Positions 38,850-51,619 of a stretch of 64,000 nucleotides of DNA are shown one piece after another (position 1 is the stretch's first letter; each line of letters begins with the position of its first letter). Origin of the DNA: Antechinus flavipes (Eukaryota); the NCBI RefSeq assembly GCF_016432865.1, contig NC_067400.1:504928001-504992000 (forward strand), in the 5' to 3' direction. Made by a program: the position numbers and the translations under genes. The notes below the pieces were generated by a model. It saw only the letters and a list, made by a program, of their open reading frames with translations. It had not been told where the DNA came from and made no database searches.

Positions 38850-39530
38850 ATTTGATAATCAATTAAATATTATTTATTGCACATAATATGTATCAGGCAT
38901 TATACTAAATGCCAGGGTTACAAAGAAAAGTATAACATAGTCCCTATGCCCAAGAAACTCACATTCTAATGGGGGAAACAACATGCAAGTAACTAGGTAC
39001 ATAGAAGATATATACAAGGTAAATGAAAGTTCTGTGGAAGAAGCAAGAAAGATCTATTGAAAAAGTAGAATTTGAGCTCAATCTTGAGGTTTGTCAGGTT
39101 AACTTTGAAGCAGAAGTGAGGAGGCAGAACATTTTAGGCAAAGGGGACAAAGGCATGAAGATGAGAAATGGAGTGTTGAGTCTAAGTAACTACAAGTAGG
39201 ACATTGTAACTGGGTAATGAAATATGTAAAGAAGAATAAGATATAAAAAAAAAGGAAAGGTAGGAATCATTTTGGTTATTAAGAGCATTAAAGGACAAAT
39301 AGAAAACTTTATATTTGACCCTAGAAATAATAATGTGCCACTGGAGTTCATTGAGTAAGGAGACCAGATCCAGATTTTAAAAAGAAAAAAATTACCTTGG
39401 AATATGAGTGAAGGATGGGAAGCAATAAAGAAAGATTTGAGGCTGGAAAACTAGAGGCCTTTTGTATTAGTCCACGTGAGAGATAATAAATTAGGTTGTT
39501 ACTCTGTGAGTGGAGAGAAGAGAATATAAA
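38850..39530 (-). mobile_element. L2 LINE 3' relic
   Basis: caattaaatattatttattgcacataatatgtatcaggcattatactaaatgccaggg…ctcacattctaatggggga…ccactggagttcattgagtaagg. Confidence 0.7.
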
Positions 39531-41716
39531 TGAGAAAATAATAATAACTAAAATTTGTATAATACTTTAAGATTTGCAAAACAATTTAAACCATTATCTC
39601 ATTTGATCCTCACAACAACCCTGGTAGATGCTAGGTATTATTATAGATGCTTATTTTACAAATGAGGAAATTGAGATATGCACAGATTAAGTAATTTGCC
39701 CAGAGTCATAATAAAGCCTACTCTCTCTTGTATCACCTAGCTGCCTTTAGAAATGACAAGATTTGTCCAAGATAAGTGTCTGATGCCCAACCTGAATTTG
39801 TTATTAGGGTAACCCTGCTTCCCTTCATGAATTAAACTAAATATTTTGCAAAATGTAGCAAAACTAGGGCTTGTTTGGTTCTTGGGACTGAGACAAAGCT
39901 CAAGCAATGACATCCTTGAAAAAGACATTCTGGTAGCCCCTGGATGGGGTGATGTGGCTGCTTGTTCATCTAGGGGCTTCATAGATCTCACTCATGTTGA
40001 ATTGACCTTCATCAGACATGTTCTTATATGGAGAGGATGGGCAGTATCTACTGAAGATCAGAGGTGCTATTATATCCTTGTTAAATATTCTTGTTGTTTT
40101 AGGTCTAAATGAACTTCCTTTTACTCAATGATCATTTATTCAATAATTTACAAATGCTTTATTTTATCAAAATGTTCAATATAAACTAATAGAACATCAG
40201 CATTAGGTCCACTCCTCACTAACATTGTTGAACTTTTTGTACTATAAAAAATAACAAATATCAAGAATTCAGAGCATCACACATAAATTTATACAATTTG
40301 ATGCAAAGAAAACTAAGGAGAACCATAAATTCAACACCCACATCAATACTAACAATGCCTACAGAAGAATAGTAAAATAAAACTGAATGCCTTCATCATA
40401 TCCAAGTTTCTCTCTAATAAAGGCTTCCTCTCATTTAAGATATAGGAGAATCATAGGTATACCATTAGATCCAATACATTGGCTGGTTCTATTAAATGCC
40501 TTTTTTCCTCCTTATTTTTAAATCTTTGTTACTATAAATGGCTCACTACATAAGGGAGGAAAGAAAAATATAAGCTGAAATAAATGTGATTCAAAAACAA
40601 AATGCAGCAATAATACAATTCCCCTCAGGGCTAACATTCTGTGCTTCTATGACTATGAAAATAATATATTATAAGCTCTATGAGGGTGGGAACCTTGCAT
40701 GTAACCTTTATATCTCCCCCAGGGTTTACTTTGTCCTGTACATGACATTACTAAATGTTTGTGAATGACATCCACCCTTCTCTTTGAAAACATATATTGG
40801 CACGGCTTTAAAATTCAGAGTTTGCCTTTTTTCAAACTGCTCCAGGATTGTCTCTAAAGCATGAGAAAGAACATATGACAAGATTTGATAGAACTCCTGT
40901 TAGTCATGAGTTTCCCATTTTCTTGCTTTACATTTGGTTTGCTGTTCTACGTGTAGATCAGAGTCTAAGAGCTGGGCACTAAATGGATTTCATTTTATTG
41001 CCCACTGAAGAAAGGCCAAATCTGATCCTCACATTAATTTAGCCACTTCACAGAATTCAGAGAAAGTCCCATGTATGGGATCAAGAATCTGTCTGGAAGG
41101 GCCCTTACCCAGGTGATCCTCAAGCCACCTGTGCACTTCTCTTAATTATCAGAGATTGTCTGAAAGAACAGATCAACTATTTCATTTGCTTTCTATTTTT
41201 CAGGAGTTGAGCATCTGTTATTTGGTTGTATATTCTCTAAGAACACAGTAAGCCTAAAACATTTTGATCACAAGTAAAACTGTGTAGGAAGAAAATACAT
41301 GCATGCTCACACACCAACACATCAATAAAAGACAAAAATTCAAATAAATCTTCAATTTCATTTTTAAAAAATCTTCCTTAGCTTTCATTACAGGATAATT
41401 AAAGATGACCAGCCTCATTGCCCAGGTTGTTGTCAATTCATAAAATCCCAGAATCTTAAAATGTGGAAGGTCTTAGCAATCAATTGTTTGAATACATTCA
41501 TGTTTGCAGAATATCAATGGATTTAGCTGTCACCGTGATGGTTACAAGTGACCAGGAAGAGTTATCACATTCCTTGCTCCTTAACTCTTTTGACTTGGGA
41601 GATTTTTATATTAAATAAAAAGTTAGGAATACAACCACAATCATTCAGAATTTCCATTTAAATAAATTAATTATATTTAGGCAGATATTTGAAACTGTCT
41701 TTATATACATATATGT

Positions 41717-41718
<2 letters not shown>

Positions 41719-41754
<36 letters not shown>
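41719..41754. repeat. (AC)n microsatellite
   Basis: Perfect dinucleotide run. Confidence 0.95.
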
Positions 41755-41756
<2 letters not shown>

Positions 41757-42759
41757 TATACCTGTACCATAGAGTTAGCTAGAGATTATATAATCTCTAG
41801 CTAACTCTATGGTACAGGAAAATCAAGATCTGAAATGACTCAGGATTTATTCAGATAAAAAGGCTTGAAAAGTAAGATATAATATTTATAAATAGATTGG
41901 TACCAGGAGGGAATATTGGGAAAAGAGCACACTTTTTCCTGGAACTTCTCTCAGCACTTGAAGAAGCAGATACAGGTAGTTACTTGAGGGTCAGTAACCC
42001 TTCTTAATCTTTCCTTTCTCTATAACATCTTAGTGACACATCATGATGTTTCCTTTCTCCTTTGGCCAGTTGACCTGCGCTATCAATTCTTTTCACCTCA
42101 GTTTTTGAGGTCTCCACTCCTTTCCCTCAATCTGTTCTCACCATCCAACTTTCTGCCTTCAACTATCTTCTGCATATTTTTCTCTGAGATCTGGTTTTAA
42201 CTGCATTCTCCTGGATCTCTATTTGAATTCTAGATTCTAAAACTTGTTTTTCCTTCCATATAAGAGTTAGAGGAAATAATCAACTCTTCTCTGCCAAAAC
42301 TTATACACCTTCTATATAGCTTCATTTCTCTTCATCCAATGGCCTTCTTTCCAAATTGATTGACCAGGTTGGCTAAGTATACCTCAATCCTTTGATTGTG
42401 ATTGTAATATAGGTTTTATTGTATATAGATTTCCTCATATGGTTATGGTATTAGAACTAAAATATTTCATTTATTACTTTGAGTTACATGGGGTGATGGG
42501 TCATTTGTTTCAACCAACAATCCATTTTTGTGTTCTGCCTCTCACCCCAGTTCACTGCCTTCTTCTACTATAGATTATTTGACAAAGTCCATAGTTCCAA
42601 ATCCTGGATACTTCTCTACTTATAAGAGAAGGTTATATATTACACTTTTTGAGTGTCTTCCCTAGGGTCTTGTATCAAGACTTCCAGGGGAATAACTTTG
42701 GTGGCTAGCATTCTTCTTTCTTTAAATTCTTTCCAGAATTATTTAAAACCCTACCTCCT

Positions 42760-43940
42760 GAACCTCATCTCTCATTGTATTTCTATAGTCTTATAAGAAA
42801 AAAAGTAAAGAAAATAAAGTGAAAAAGATGTTTTAATCTGTATTCATAGTCTATCCATTCTTTCTCTGGAAATAGACATTTTTTCATCAAGTTCTTAAAA
42901 ATAATCTTGGATCATTGTATTGATCAGAATGGCTAAGCCGTTCATGGTTGATAATCATATAATATTGCTATTACTATACACAATGTTCACTTCACTTTGG
43001 ATTGGTTGAGGTAACTCATCCCAATTTTTCTGAAATGATCCTGCTTGTCATTTCTTATAGCAAAATAATATTCCATCACAATTATATATCACAACTTGTT
43101 CAATCATTCTCCAATCAGTGGGCATTCTCTCAATTTCTTTGCCATTACAAAAAAAGAGCTGTTATAAATATTTTGTATAAATAGGTGCTTTTCCTTTTTC
43201 TTATATCCTTATATCCTCTATTGCTTATAAATCTAGTAGTGGTATTTTGGGGCCAAAGGGTATACACAATTTCATAACCCTTTGACCATAAGTACAATTT
43301 GCTATCCAGAATGACTGGATCAATTCACAATTCCACCAACAATGTATTAATGTCCTAAGTTTTCCAAATCTCTGCCCATATTTGTCATTTTCTTTTTCTG
43401 TCATATTAGTCAAAATTATAAGTGTGAGGTGGTACCTTAAAATTGTTTAGATTTGCATTTCTCTAATCAAAAGTGATTGAGTATTTTAATTTGACTATAG
43501 ATAGTTTATTCCTTTGAAAACAGATTATTTAAACTGTTTGGACATATATACTAATACTGTATTTAATTTATATTTTAACACATTTAACATGTATTGGTCA
43601 ACCTGCCATCTGGGGCAGGGGATAGGGGGAAGGAGGGGAAAAATCGGAACAAAAGGTTTGGCAATTATCAATGTTGTAAAATTACCCATGCATATATCTT
43701 GTAAATAAAAAGCTATAATAAATAAAAAAGAAAAAAAGAAAATAGCCTATTTATATCCTTTGTCCATTTATCAATCTGGCAGTGATTCATATTCCTTTAA
43801 ATTTGATTCAGCTCTCTATATTTTTGAAAAATGAAGTCTTTATCAGAGAAATTTGCTGCAAAAATTTTTCCCAGTTCCCTGTTTTTTTTCTAATCTTGGT
43901 TTCCCTGGTCTCATTTGTACAAAGCCTTTTTAAATTAATC
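42760..43940 (-). mobile_element. Older L1 (ORF2 C-terminus and 3' UTR) interrupted by a younger L1 3' end
   Basis: Minus ORF 43225-43413 (…TLIHCWWNCELIQSFW…MKLCIPFGPKIPLL). Sequence resumes after 43745 (cctatttatatcctttgtccattt). Confidence 0.85.
43524..43737 (+). mobile_element. Very short L1 3' UTR and A-tail insertion nested in an older L1
   Basis: ctgccatctggggcagggg…gttgtaaaattacccatgc…aataaaaagctataataa then an A-tail. Candidate TSD gaaaacag (43516-43523) / gaaaatag (43738-43745). Confidence 0.8.
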
Positions 43941-44014
43941 TAATCACAGTTGTTAATTTTTTAAGAAGTGAATTTTCAAAGTATATCTAATATATCTACT
44001 TCTATATTATATAG

Positions 44015-45660
44015 TCAGTGATTCAATAAGCATGCCAAGTACCACGTATACAAAGGTAAAAGATAGTCCCTGTTTTAGAGTGTACAGTCTAATGGGTGAT
44101 ATGGCATCAAACAATTATGGACCAATGCTATATAACAAGGTAAACTGAAAGTATATGATAGAAGTAAGACACTAAAAATAAAGGGAATTGGGAAAAGCTT
44201 CTTGTAGGAGTTAGAATGTTGGTGGGAACTTTTAGAAAATCATTGAAATCAGGAGGAGGAAATAAAGAGGAGAAGAATTACATGTGTGGAGAATAGCCAG
44301 TCGAAAATATTCAGAAGCAGATATAGTATCTTATGCAAATAGCAGCAAGAAGGTTGGTCTCAGCAGATGAAAAGGTACATGGAAGATACAATGAATAAAA
44401 ACAATTGAAAAAGAGAAGTGGTAGGATTTGAAGGACTTTCACCGTCAAACAGAGAATTTTATATTCAATCCTGGCTGTAATAGCGAGTCAGTTATGTTTA
44501 TTGAGTGTGGGAGGAAGGGGTGAGGGTAGAATGGATATGAATTATGACAGGATTAGACCTGCATTCTAACAAAGTCATTTTGGCAGCTAAGTGGATGATA
44601 GAATGTAGTGGGAAGAGATTGGTTACAAGGACAACCAAAGCATATTATTTATCTATACCAGGATGATAGTATTGTCAAAAGAGAGAAAAGGACATATACA
44701 AGAGATGCTGCCATAAAATCAACAGACCTTGACAACAAATTGGATATGAAGGATAAAAGGGAATCAGGAATTGAGGATGATATTTAGATACGTCGCTGAG
44801 AGGATGGTGGTAACCTCAGTAGTAAGAGGGAAGAGGAGGGGTTTTGGAGAGAAGGATGGTAAAAAAAAGTTTAGTTTTTGACATGTTGAATTTAAGATAT
44901 ATGCTGGATATCTAGTTTTTAGATGTCCAAAAGGGTTAAAGATAAGAAGAGATGCTGAAAAGATTCCATAGGAGCCTGTGAAATGAAATATTATGCAGAA
45001 AAAAAAGAAGAGTGCCCAGGCAAAATTCTTGATCATCTATGGTTATCAAGTGTTAATTGGATAAAGATCCAGCAAAGAAGAGTAAGAAAGGAATATCAGA
45101 GTTCATAAATATGAAACTGGAGCATTTATGAGTGATGAGAAAATGAAGAGTATTATTATCTCTGTATATAACTGAAGTGAGATGAAAGAGTAGGTCAGGG
45201 AAATGAGCAAGTTATAGAAGTGAGAGATAAGAGTCTTAGAGAGGATCAATATGTAAGCTGAAATACCTTAATATGAGGACAAGTATTGGGAAAGAGAGAG
45301 AGATTGTAAGCCAAGTACTGAACTCATTGAGGAAAAGGGGGGAGTGTCCTGGATTTCTGTAGACAATAGCTACAAGAATTTTGATTGATGGTAGATATGG
45401 ATGAAGTGAACCTTTAAAGAGGAGAGATTACTGAGTGATGGAAGCAGACTGTCTAGAAGTGGGGATGGGTACAAGGAGTATTCCAACTCAGTCAATGAAC
45501 AAAAACAGAACAAGTGTTCAGCTAAGGGGGCTGTGTTGTCAGGAGGGAGTGAAGTATCAGAGAGAATTAATAGATGGAAAAGTGGGAAAGGAAATTATTT
45601 AAGATGAAAGTAAATTTGTCACCTATACACAGGTTTGCTAGAGAGCACAATGGAAGGATG
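44015..45660 (-). mobile_element. Long degenerate L2 LINE relic
   Basis: L2 3' end (attcaataagcat…agtccctg…cagtctaatggg), then characteristic aagtttagtttttgacatgttgaatttaagat…gatatc and purine-rich RT-derived sequence. Confidence 0.7.
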
Positions 45661-45925
45661 AGTAGCTTCAGAGTGTGAAATTGAGAGGAGACAAGTTGAG
45701 GTGGATTGTTGTTATTGTGATTTGTCCTTCTTTCTGGATGATGGCCATGACATCAGTGAGAAGATGCCGTGACATTTCTGCCGTGAATATGTTGTCTCTC
45801 CCCTTAGAATATAAGCTTCTTAAAGGCAGGAACTGTTTCATTTTTGTCTTTGTGATCCCAAGGCTTGGGACAATGCCTAGCACTTCTAAATGTTTTGCTT
45901 TGTTTTTTTTAATAGTGCTTTTAAA

Positions 45926-46813
45926 TAACTTTTTATTGACAGAACCCAGGCCTGGGTAATTTTTTACAACATTATCCCTTGTACTCACTTCTGTTCCAAT
46001 TTTTCCCCTCCCTCCCTCCACTCCCTCCCTCAGATGGCAAGCAGTCCTATATATGTTAAATAGGTTACAGTATATCCCAGATACAATATATGTGTGCAGA
46101 ACCGAACAGTTTCTCTTGTTGCACAGGAAGAATTGGATTCACAAAGTAGAAATAACCTGGGAAGAAAAACAAAAATGCAAGCAGTTTATACTCATTTCCC
46201 CGTGTTCTTTCTTTGGGTGTAGCTGCATCCTTGATCAATTGAAACTGAGTTAGATCTCTTTGTCGAAGAGATCTACTTCCATCAGAATACATCCTCAAAA
46301 AGTATCATTGTTGAGGTATATAATGATCTCCTGGTTCTGCTCATTTCACTTAGCATCAGTTCATGTAGGTCTCTCCAAGCCTCTCTGTATTCATCCTGCT
46401 GGTCATTCCTTACAGAACAATAATATTCCATAACATTCATATACCACAATTTATTCAGCCATTCTCCAATTGATGGGCATCCATTCATTTTCCAGCTTCT
46501 AGCCACTACAAACAGGGCTGCCACAAACATTTTTGGCACATACAGTTCCCTTTCCCTTCTTTAGTATCTCTTTGGGATATAAGCCCAGTAGAAACACTGC
46601 TGGATCAAAGGGTATGCACAGCTTGATAACTTTTTGAGCATAGTTCCAAATTGCTCTCCAGAATGGCTAGATGTGTTCACAATTCCACCAACAATGTATC
46701 AGTGTCCCTGTTTTCCCACATCCCCTCCAACATTCTGCGTTATCTTTCCCTGTCATTCTAGCCAATCTGACAGGTGTGTAGTGGTATCTCAGAGTTGTCT
46801 TAATTTGCATTTC
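45926..46813 (-). mobile_element. 5'-truncated young L1 (ORF2 C-terminus and 3' UTR)
   Basis: Same subfamily as 15775-16635 (KMFVAALFVVARSWKMNGCPSIGEWLNKLWYMNVMEYY). TSD taatagtgcttttaaa (45910-45925) / taattgtgcttttaaa (46814-46829), one mismatch. Very short tail. Confidence 0.95.
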
Positions 46814-47099
46814 TAATTGTGCTTTTAAAATGTTATTTGTTTGATAGAATTTATATGCTTAATTAGCAATTTACAAAGCATTTTATGTAAGTTTTCTCCA
46901 TTGCTTTTCACAGACTCTATGAAGTAGATGCTACAAGTAAATATCATATGTATTCTGTGTATAAGAAAAGAAAGTCTCAATAATGAGAAGCTCAATAATG
47001 TTCCTGGTATTACACAGCTAGTAAATTATAGTATTAGGACATGAGCCCTAAGATCTTCTAGGTTCTCTGGCTTACACTGGCCTTAATCACTGACGGGGT

Positions 47100-47335
47100 G
47101 TGCCCTCAGTCACATTAAACCCTGTGGAAGACCTTAGCTTAAAAAGGCCGAGGTCTCCCACTGCATCCAGGGCCATCTCCAGTCATCCGGATCTATATCT
47201 GGCCACTGGACCAGGAGAGGAAAGTGGGGCAGAGGACCTTGCCCAGACTCCCTCATTTAAACCCAATTCACTTGCATGTTATAGCATTTCCTCCCTCGCA
47301 TCAAGGTTCTCTTGGAAAAGAGCAATAGCCACACT
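47100..47335. mobile_element. WALLSI4/MdoRep1-like retroposon fragment (inverted relative to the 12445-13430 copy)
   Basis: gcatccagggccatctccagtcatcc…tatatctggccactgga…caattcacttgcatgt is the reverse complement of the 12930-13080 segment. Confidence 0.7.
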
Positions 47336-48139
47336 ATTCTTCCCTTTTCAGCATGAAACAAAGATCATAAAAATCTAGGAAGTGAGCCTAAGAAAAACTA
47401 GTGAATGGAAGGAGATATATCTAAGTAATAAATGAGGACATAGGTTTAGAATTTTCAAACTGAAAGGAACCTCAGAGATTATCTAATACAAACACCTTTT
47501 TAAAAATATGTCGTATAAATAAGGAAGCTTAGACACACAAAGCTTAAATGATTAGACCAAAGTCACTTAGGTATTAAGAAGCAGATTTGGGATTTGAGTC
47601 AGGTCCTTGGGCCCCAAATAACATTACTAGTCTAATCTGCTTGTTGTACTGGTGAAAAACTGAAGACTGGAAAAGGCTGGACTTGGCTAAGGTCATACAG
47701 GTAAGTAAGGAGCAAAATATGGGACCAGGTGTTTGCTGTAGAAGTAGGACTATGCAGAGTCAGTGCAGATTTACACTTACAGTGTGATATGTGTCCATAA
47801 CAAGCCTGTCCCCAAATATCTCCCTCAGTGACCTGCCACAGGACTGCAACCCTCTGAGTGTCTCCTTTGTATTGTGTCCGTATTTCCAGAAGGAGCTTGT
47901 TAAAACACAAATGTTTCCTAGAAAGGATATTGTACAAATCCATTAATACCCAGCTGTTACTTACCAAGGCCATAAGGAAATAGAAACTGGGATAGATAAG
48001 ATTTTACTTATGTTTGTTTATTATTTGTCTGCTTTTTAAAAAATTCTTTATTTTGTGAGAGATTTTAATGAGAAGGAAAGATAAGCCTAAGAAGAAATGA
48101 TGGGAGGTAAGAGGGAACATAGAGGGAACCCTTACCGGC

Positions 48140-48370
48140 AGCTGACAGACAGTACAGCAGATAGAGTGCTGGTGTGGAATTAGGAAGGCCTGAGTCCAGA
48201 TCCAACCTCAGACATTTACAAGCTGAGTGACTTTGAGCGAATCACTTAGCCTTTTCTCAACTAGAAACTGGGATAATGATACCTTCTACCTCATGGGGTT
48301 GTTGTAGGGTTAAAATGAAATAATATCTGTAAAGCACTTAGCACAGTGTCTGGCATATGGTAAGCATGAA
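48140..48370 (+). mobile_element. MIR SINE
   Basis: gatagagtgctgg…aggaaggcctgagtccagatcc…gggttgttgtagg…aatgaaataatatctgtaaagcacttagcacagtgtctggca. Confidence 0.8.
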
Positions 48371-50254
48371 ATAAATACGATTACTAACCATTATTCAGCA
48401 TGGGGAGATAGGAAGGGAAATGTCAAAAAATAAAACGAGAAAATACCAATAATTTACTTAGGTCTAGCTCTTAATATCTATGTCCACCAAAAATAGAAAA
48501 CAAGAAAATTGGTCTAACATTCAGAATAATAGAAACAAATAAAACCCAGAAGTATATTCTCTTAAAATGTGTGAAAAAGAAAAATGGGTTCTTACCATGA
48601 AGGTCTTTTAAAATGAGCAAATACTCTGTGCCACCAGAGAGTAGCTCAGGGATGGTCAAGACAACTTCTGATGCTTCTTCTAAAATGATGATTTTTATGA
48701 CTGCTCTTCAGGACCCAGAGTTTTAACTTCTTCCTATAATGCCTCTGGCTCAATGAACTGTGCTATTTGACCATAGGGAGTCCTAGAAGAAAGGAGTCAG
48801 TGAGCCCAGCACAGCATTTCTACACAATTTAAGTCAAAGAAAAGATTATTTTTCCTATGAAAAAGGAAGGTATTAGACCTGACCCTGACACTGTAAGAGC
48901 AAAGGCACTGCATCCCCCATTCTATGACTGCCCCAGTTTTCTGCAAACAGGGCAGCATGTTAATCTATTTGATAGTCTCCGACCTACAACACTTTTCTTC
49001 TGAAAGTAAGGTCATTGAAATGTTAAATGGAAAATTACAGCAAAACTGAAATGGGGCAGAGAATAAGGAGATTACTAAACTGAAAATGAAAATAAGCTGA
49101 ATGTTATGGACAAACATTTCCCTTCTCCCAACCACCCTCAACCATCCATTCACCCAACCCCAGGTAGTATGAATTTCATGCCCCAGCCTTCATCTTACCT
49201 ACCTAGATTCCCTCTTCCTGGAGGAAAAACTCAGACATGATTCTTTTCATTCTAGTTTTTTTCCAACAAAGGGAAAAAGGATGACCCAGTGCACCAGACC
49301 ATAGGAAGAAAAGACTGCATTTATGAGATTGAAAAGATGGGTATGCTAGGAGATAGTCTCATTTCATAAATCAAGTAGAAACAGAATAGAAACTTAGCTT
49401 CTATTCCTAGCTCAGTCGCTGATATCTGGCTCTATAAGCAAGCTGTCTTTGACCTGTAGCAGTCCCTTAGTTTATTCATCTAAAAAAATGGAGAATGTAT
49501 ATATCTCTTCTACACAGAAATATATAAGTGAAAAAATAGAAATGAGTGAAATTAGATGATATAAAAAATACCATACATAACAGTGTTCCAATGTCAATAA
49601 TTTCATTGATAATATACTATTATCAAATTCTTACTGTCATGGTACTCATGGGGAAGGGTAGCATTTAGATCATTTACTCATTAATTTACCCATCAGTTCA
49701 AGAGACAGCCTGGAGTAGTGGATTGAGTGCTGGATGTGGAATCAGGAAGAACTGAGTCCAGATCCTACAGACGCTTATTTGTTATGTGATCCTGAACCAC
49801 TCACTTGGCTAACTTATCTGTAAAATGAGGGGGTTACATTTTGTGTATCTTGTAGCTATAAGTCTATGATCCTATTGTCATCTTTGAGCCAATTAAGCAA
49901 GATCAAGCTAGTCCTACTAAGCTCTCCCGAATCATCTAGCTAGTTCCCTACCTAGTTCTATCAACTATCCCCATTCTAACTAGCCTCAAATTTTTACTTC
50001 TCCCTCTGTTCATTTACCTCTCTCTTAAATATTCTAGATTTTCTGCTCCCAAATCCTCCTCATCCTTATTGGTTCAGTTCCACCATGGCCCTTACCTATT
50101 TCCTTCTTGCATTACTTCCCTCATCCATAAACTATTTCCATTTATAGCATTGTTCCATCATTTTCTCTTTCTGTGCCTCAGTTTCTTTCATTGTAATTGA
50201 GATTGAATTAGATAATATTTTAAATTACTTCCTTCTTTAAGTTGTAGAGATTCA

Positions 50255-50400
50255 GAAATAGTAGATGGTGCAGTGAATAGAGCAAGACCCCTGACGTGAG
50301 AAGGACCTGAGTTCAAATCCAGTCTCAGACACTTTTAGTGTGTGAGCCTGGGCAAGTCATTTAATACCAATTGTCTTGTAATAAAATAAACTAAATAAAT
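50255..50400 (+). mobile_element. WSINE1-like SINE
   Basis: agatggtgcagtgaatagagc…ggacctgagttcaaatccagtctcagacactt…gggcaagtcatttaa…caattg, then an A-rich tail. Confidence 0.75.
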
Positions 50401-50665
50401 TGTTTAGACTTTGATGCATTGTTGTTCAATCAATCTTTGAGTTACATATGATTTTTTAGGACCCTATTTGGGCTTTTGGCAAAGATACTGGACTGGTTTG
50501 CTATTTCCTTCTCCAGTTTTTTTACAGATAAAGAAACTAAGGCAAATAGGATGAAATGGTTTGCCCAGAATCAAACAGCTAATAAGTGTCTGAGGCCATC
50601 TTTGAACTCAGGTCTTCCTGACTTTAGTGCTGCACTCTGTCCATTGAGCCACCTGAATGCCTGGT
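50400..50665 (-). mobile_element. Mar1-like CORE SINE
   Basis: ttggcaaagatactgga…gctatttccttctccag…aagtgtctgaggcc…tttgaactcaggtcttcctgact. Confidence 0.8.
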
Positions 50666-50954
50666 ATCCCTCTTTAAGGTTTGGGGTCTGCAAAAACCTT
50701 GTTTTATCCGTTGTATTTTTATAGAAGCAACTAACATTAGTCACAACTAACCTACAAACCTGCTGTCTAAATATAAAAACTCAGAGATGAACAGCATCAA
50801 ATAACATAGGCAGGGGGTAGGGAGCATGCTGTTCATTCCCACTCCCACTCAATTCTCCAATATAAGTTTAAGGTACACATTTCAGCAACCAGTCCAGAAG
50901 AACAGCATGATATTTTTTTAATGTTCTGCTAAAGTCTAAGGATAGTAGCAGCAG

Positions 50955-50956
<2 letters not shown>

Positions 50957-51017
<61 letters not shown>

Positions 51018-51190
51018 TCTGTCTTTCTCTTAGTCTCTTTCATTTTTTCTTTCTCTTTCTCTCTATCTTTTTTTTCTCTTTCTCTGTCTTTTGTGTCTCT
51101 TTATCTCTCTGTGTCTATCTCAATTTCTCTATCATCCTTCATCTTTCTCTCTCTGTCTGTGTGTATGTATGTGTCTCCTCTGTCACCCTC
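50957..51190. repeat. (CT)n microsatellite (50957-51011) followed by a degenerate polypyrimidine tract
   Basis: Directly visible. Confidence 0.9.
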
Positions 51191-51619
51191 CCCCATCCTA
51201 TTGGCTAAATCACTCAACCTTCACCACTCCTAGTAGGACAAGTATTCCCAGTGTTGCTTATACAAATACCATTTGGACTCTATTAACATTTAATTACAAA
51301 TATTGACTGGTCAGAAGGTAAATAATAATTACATAACATTTCACTTGCAAACTTGGAACACATTACCCTACCAATGCAAAGGAAGATGAACAGAAACTTA
51401 TCAAAGCAGGAAATGAAGTTATTCTGATATAATTAATTCTTAATTGAGCCATTTTGGTTTTAGTGACCACCTTTATGTCACTCCCTTTTTCAATATTCAA
51501 ATTTCATGTATTCATGTGTAGACACCTAAAATTACATTATCTTTTCTTAATACTATATTCTGTGAATTAATGATGTTTTTGTTATAAATGCTGACTCAAA
51601 GGAATCTAATGATGTATAT

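Noticed and set aside
47680-47710. Perfect + strand donor CAG|gtaagt
   Set aside because: It is part of a MIR remnant (gacttggctaaggtcatacag…), with no convincing upstream acceptor.
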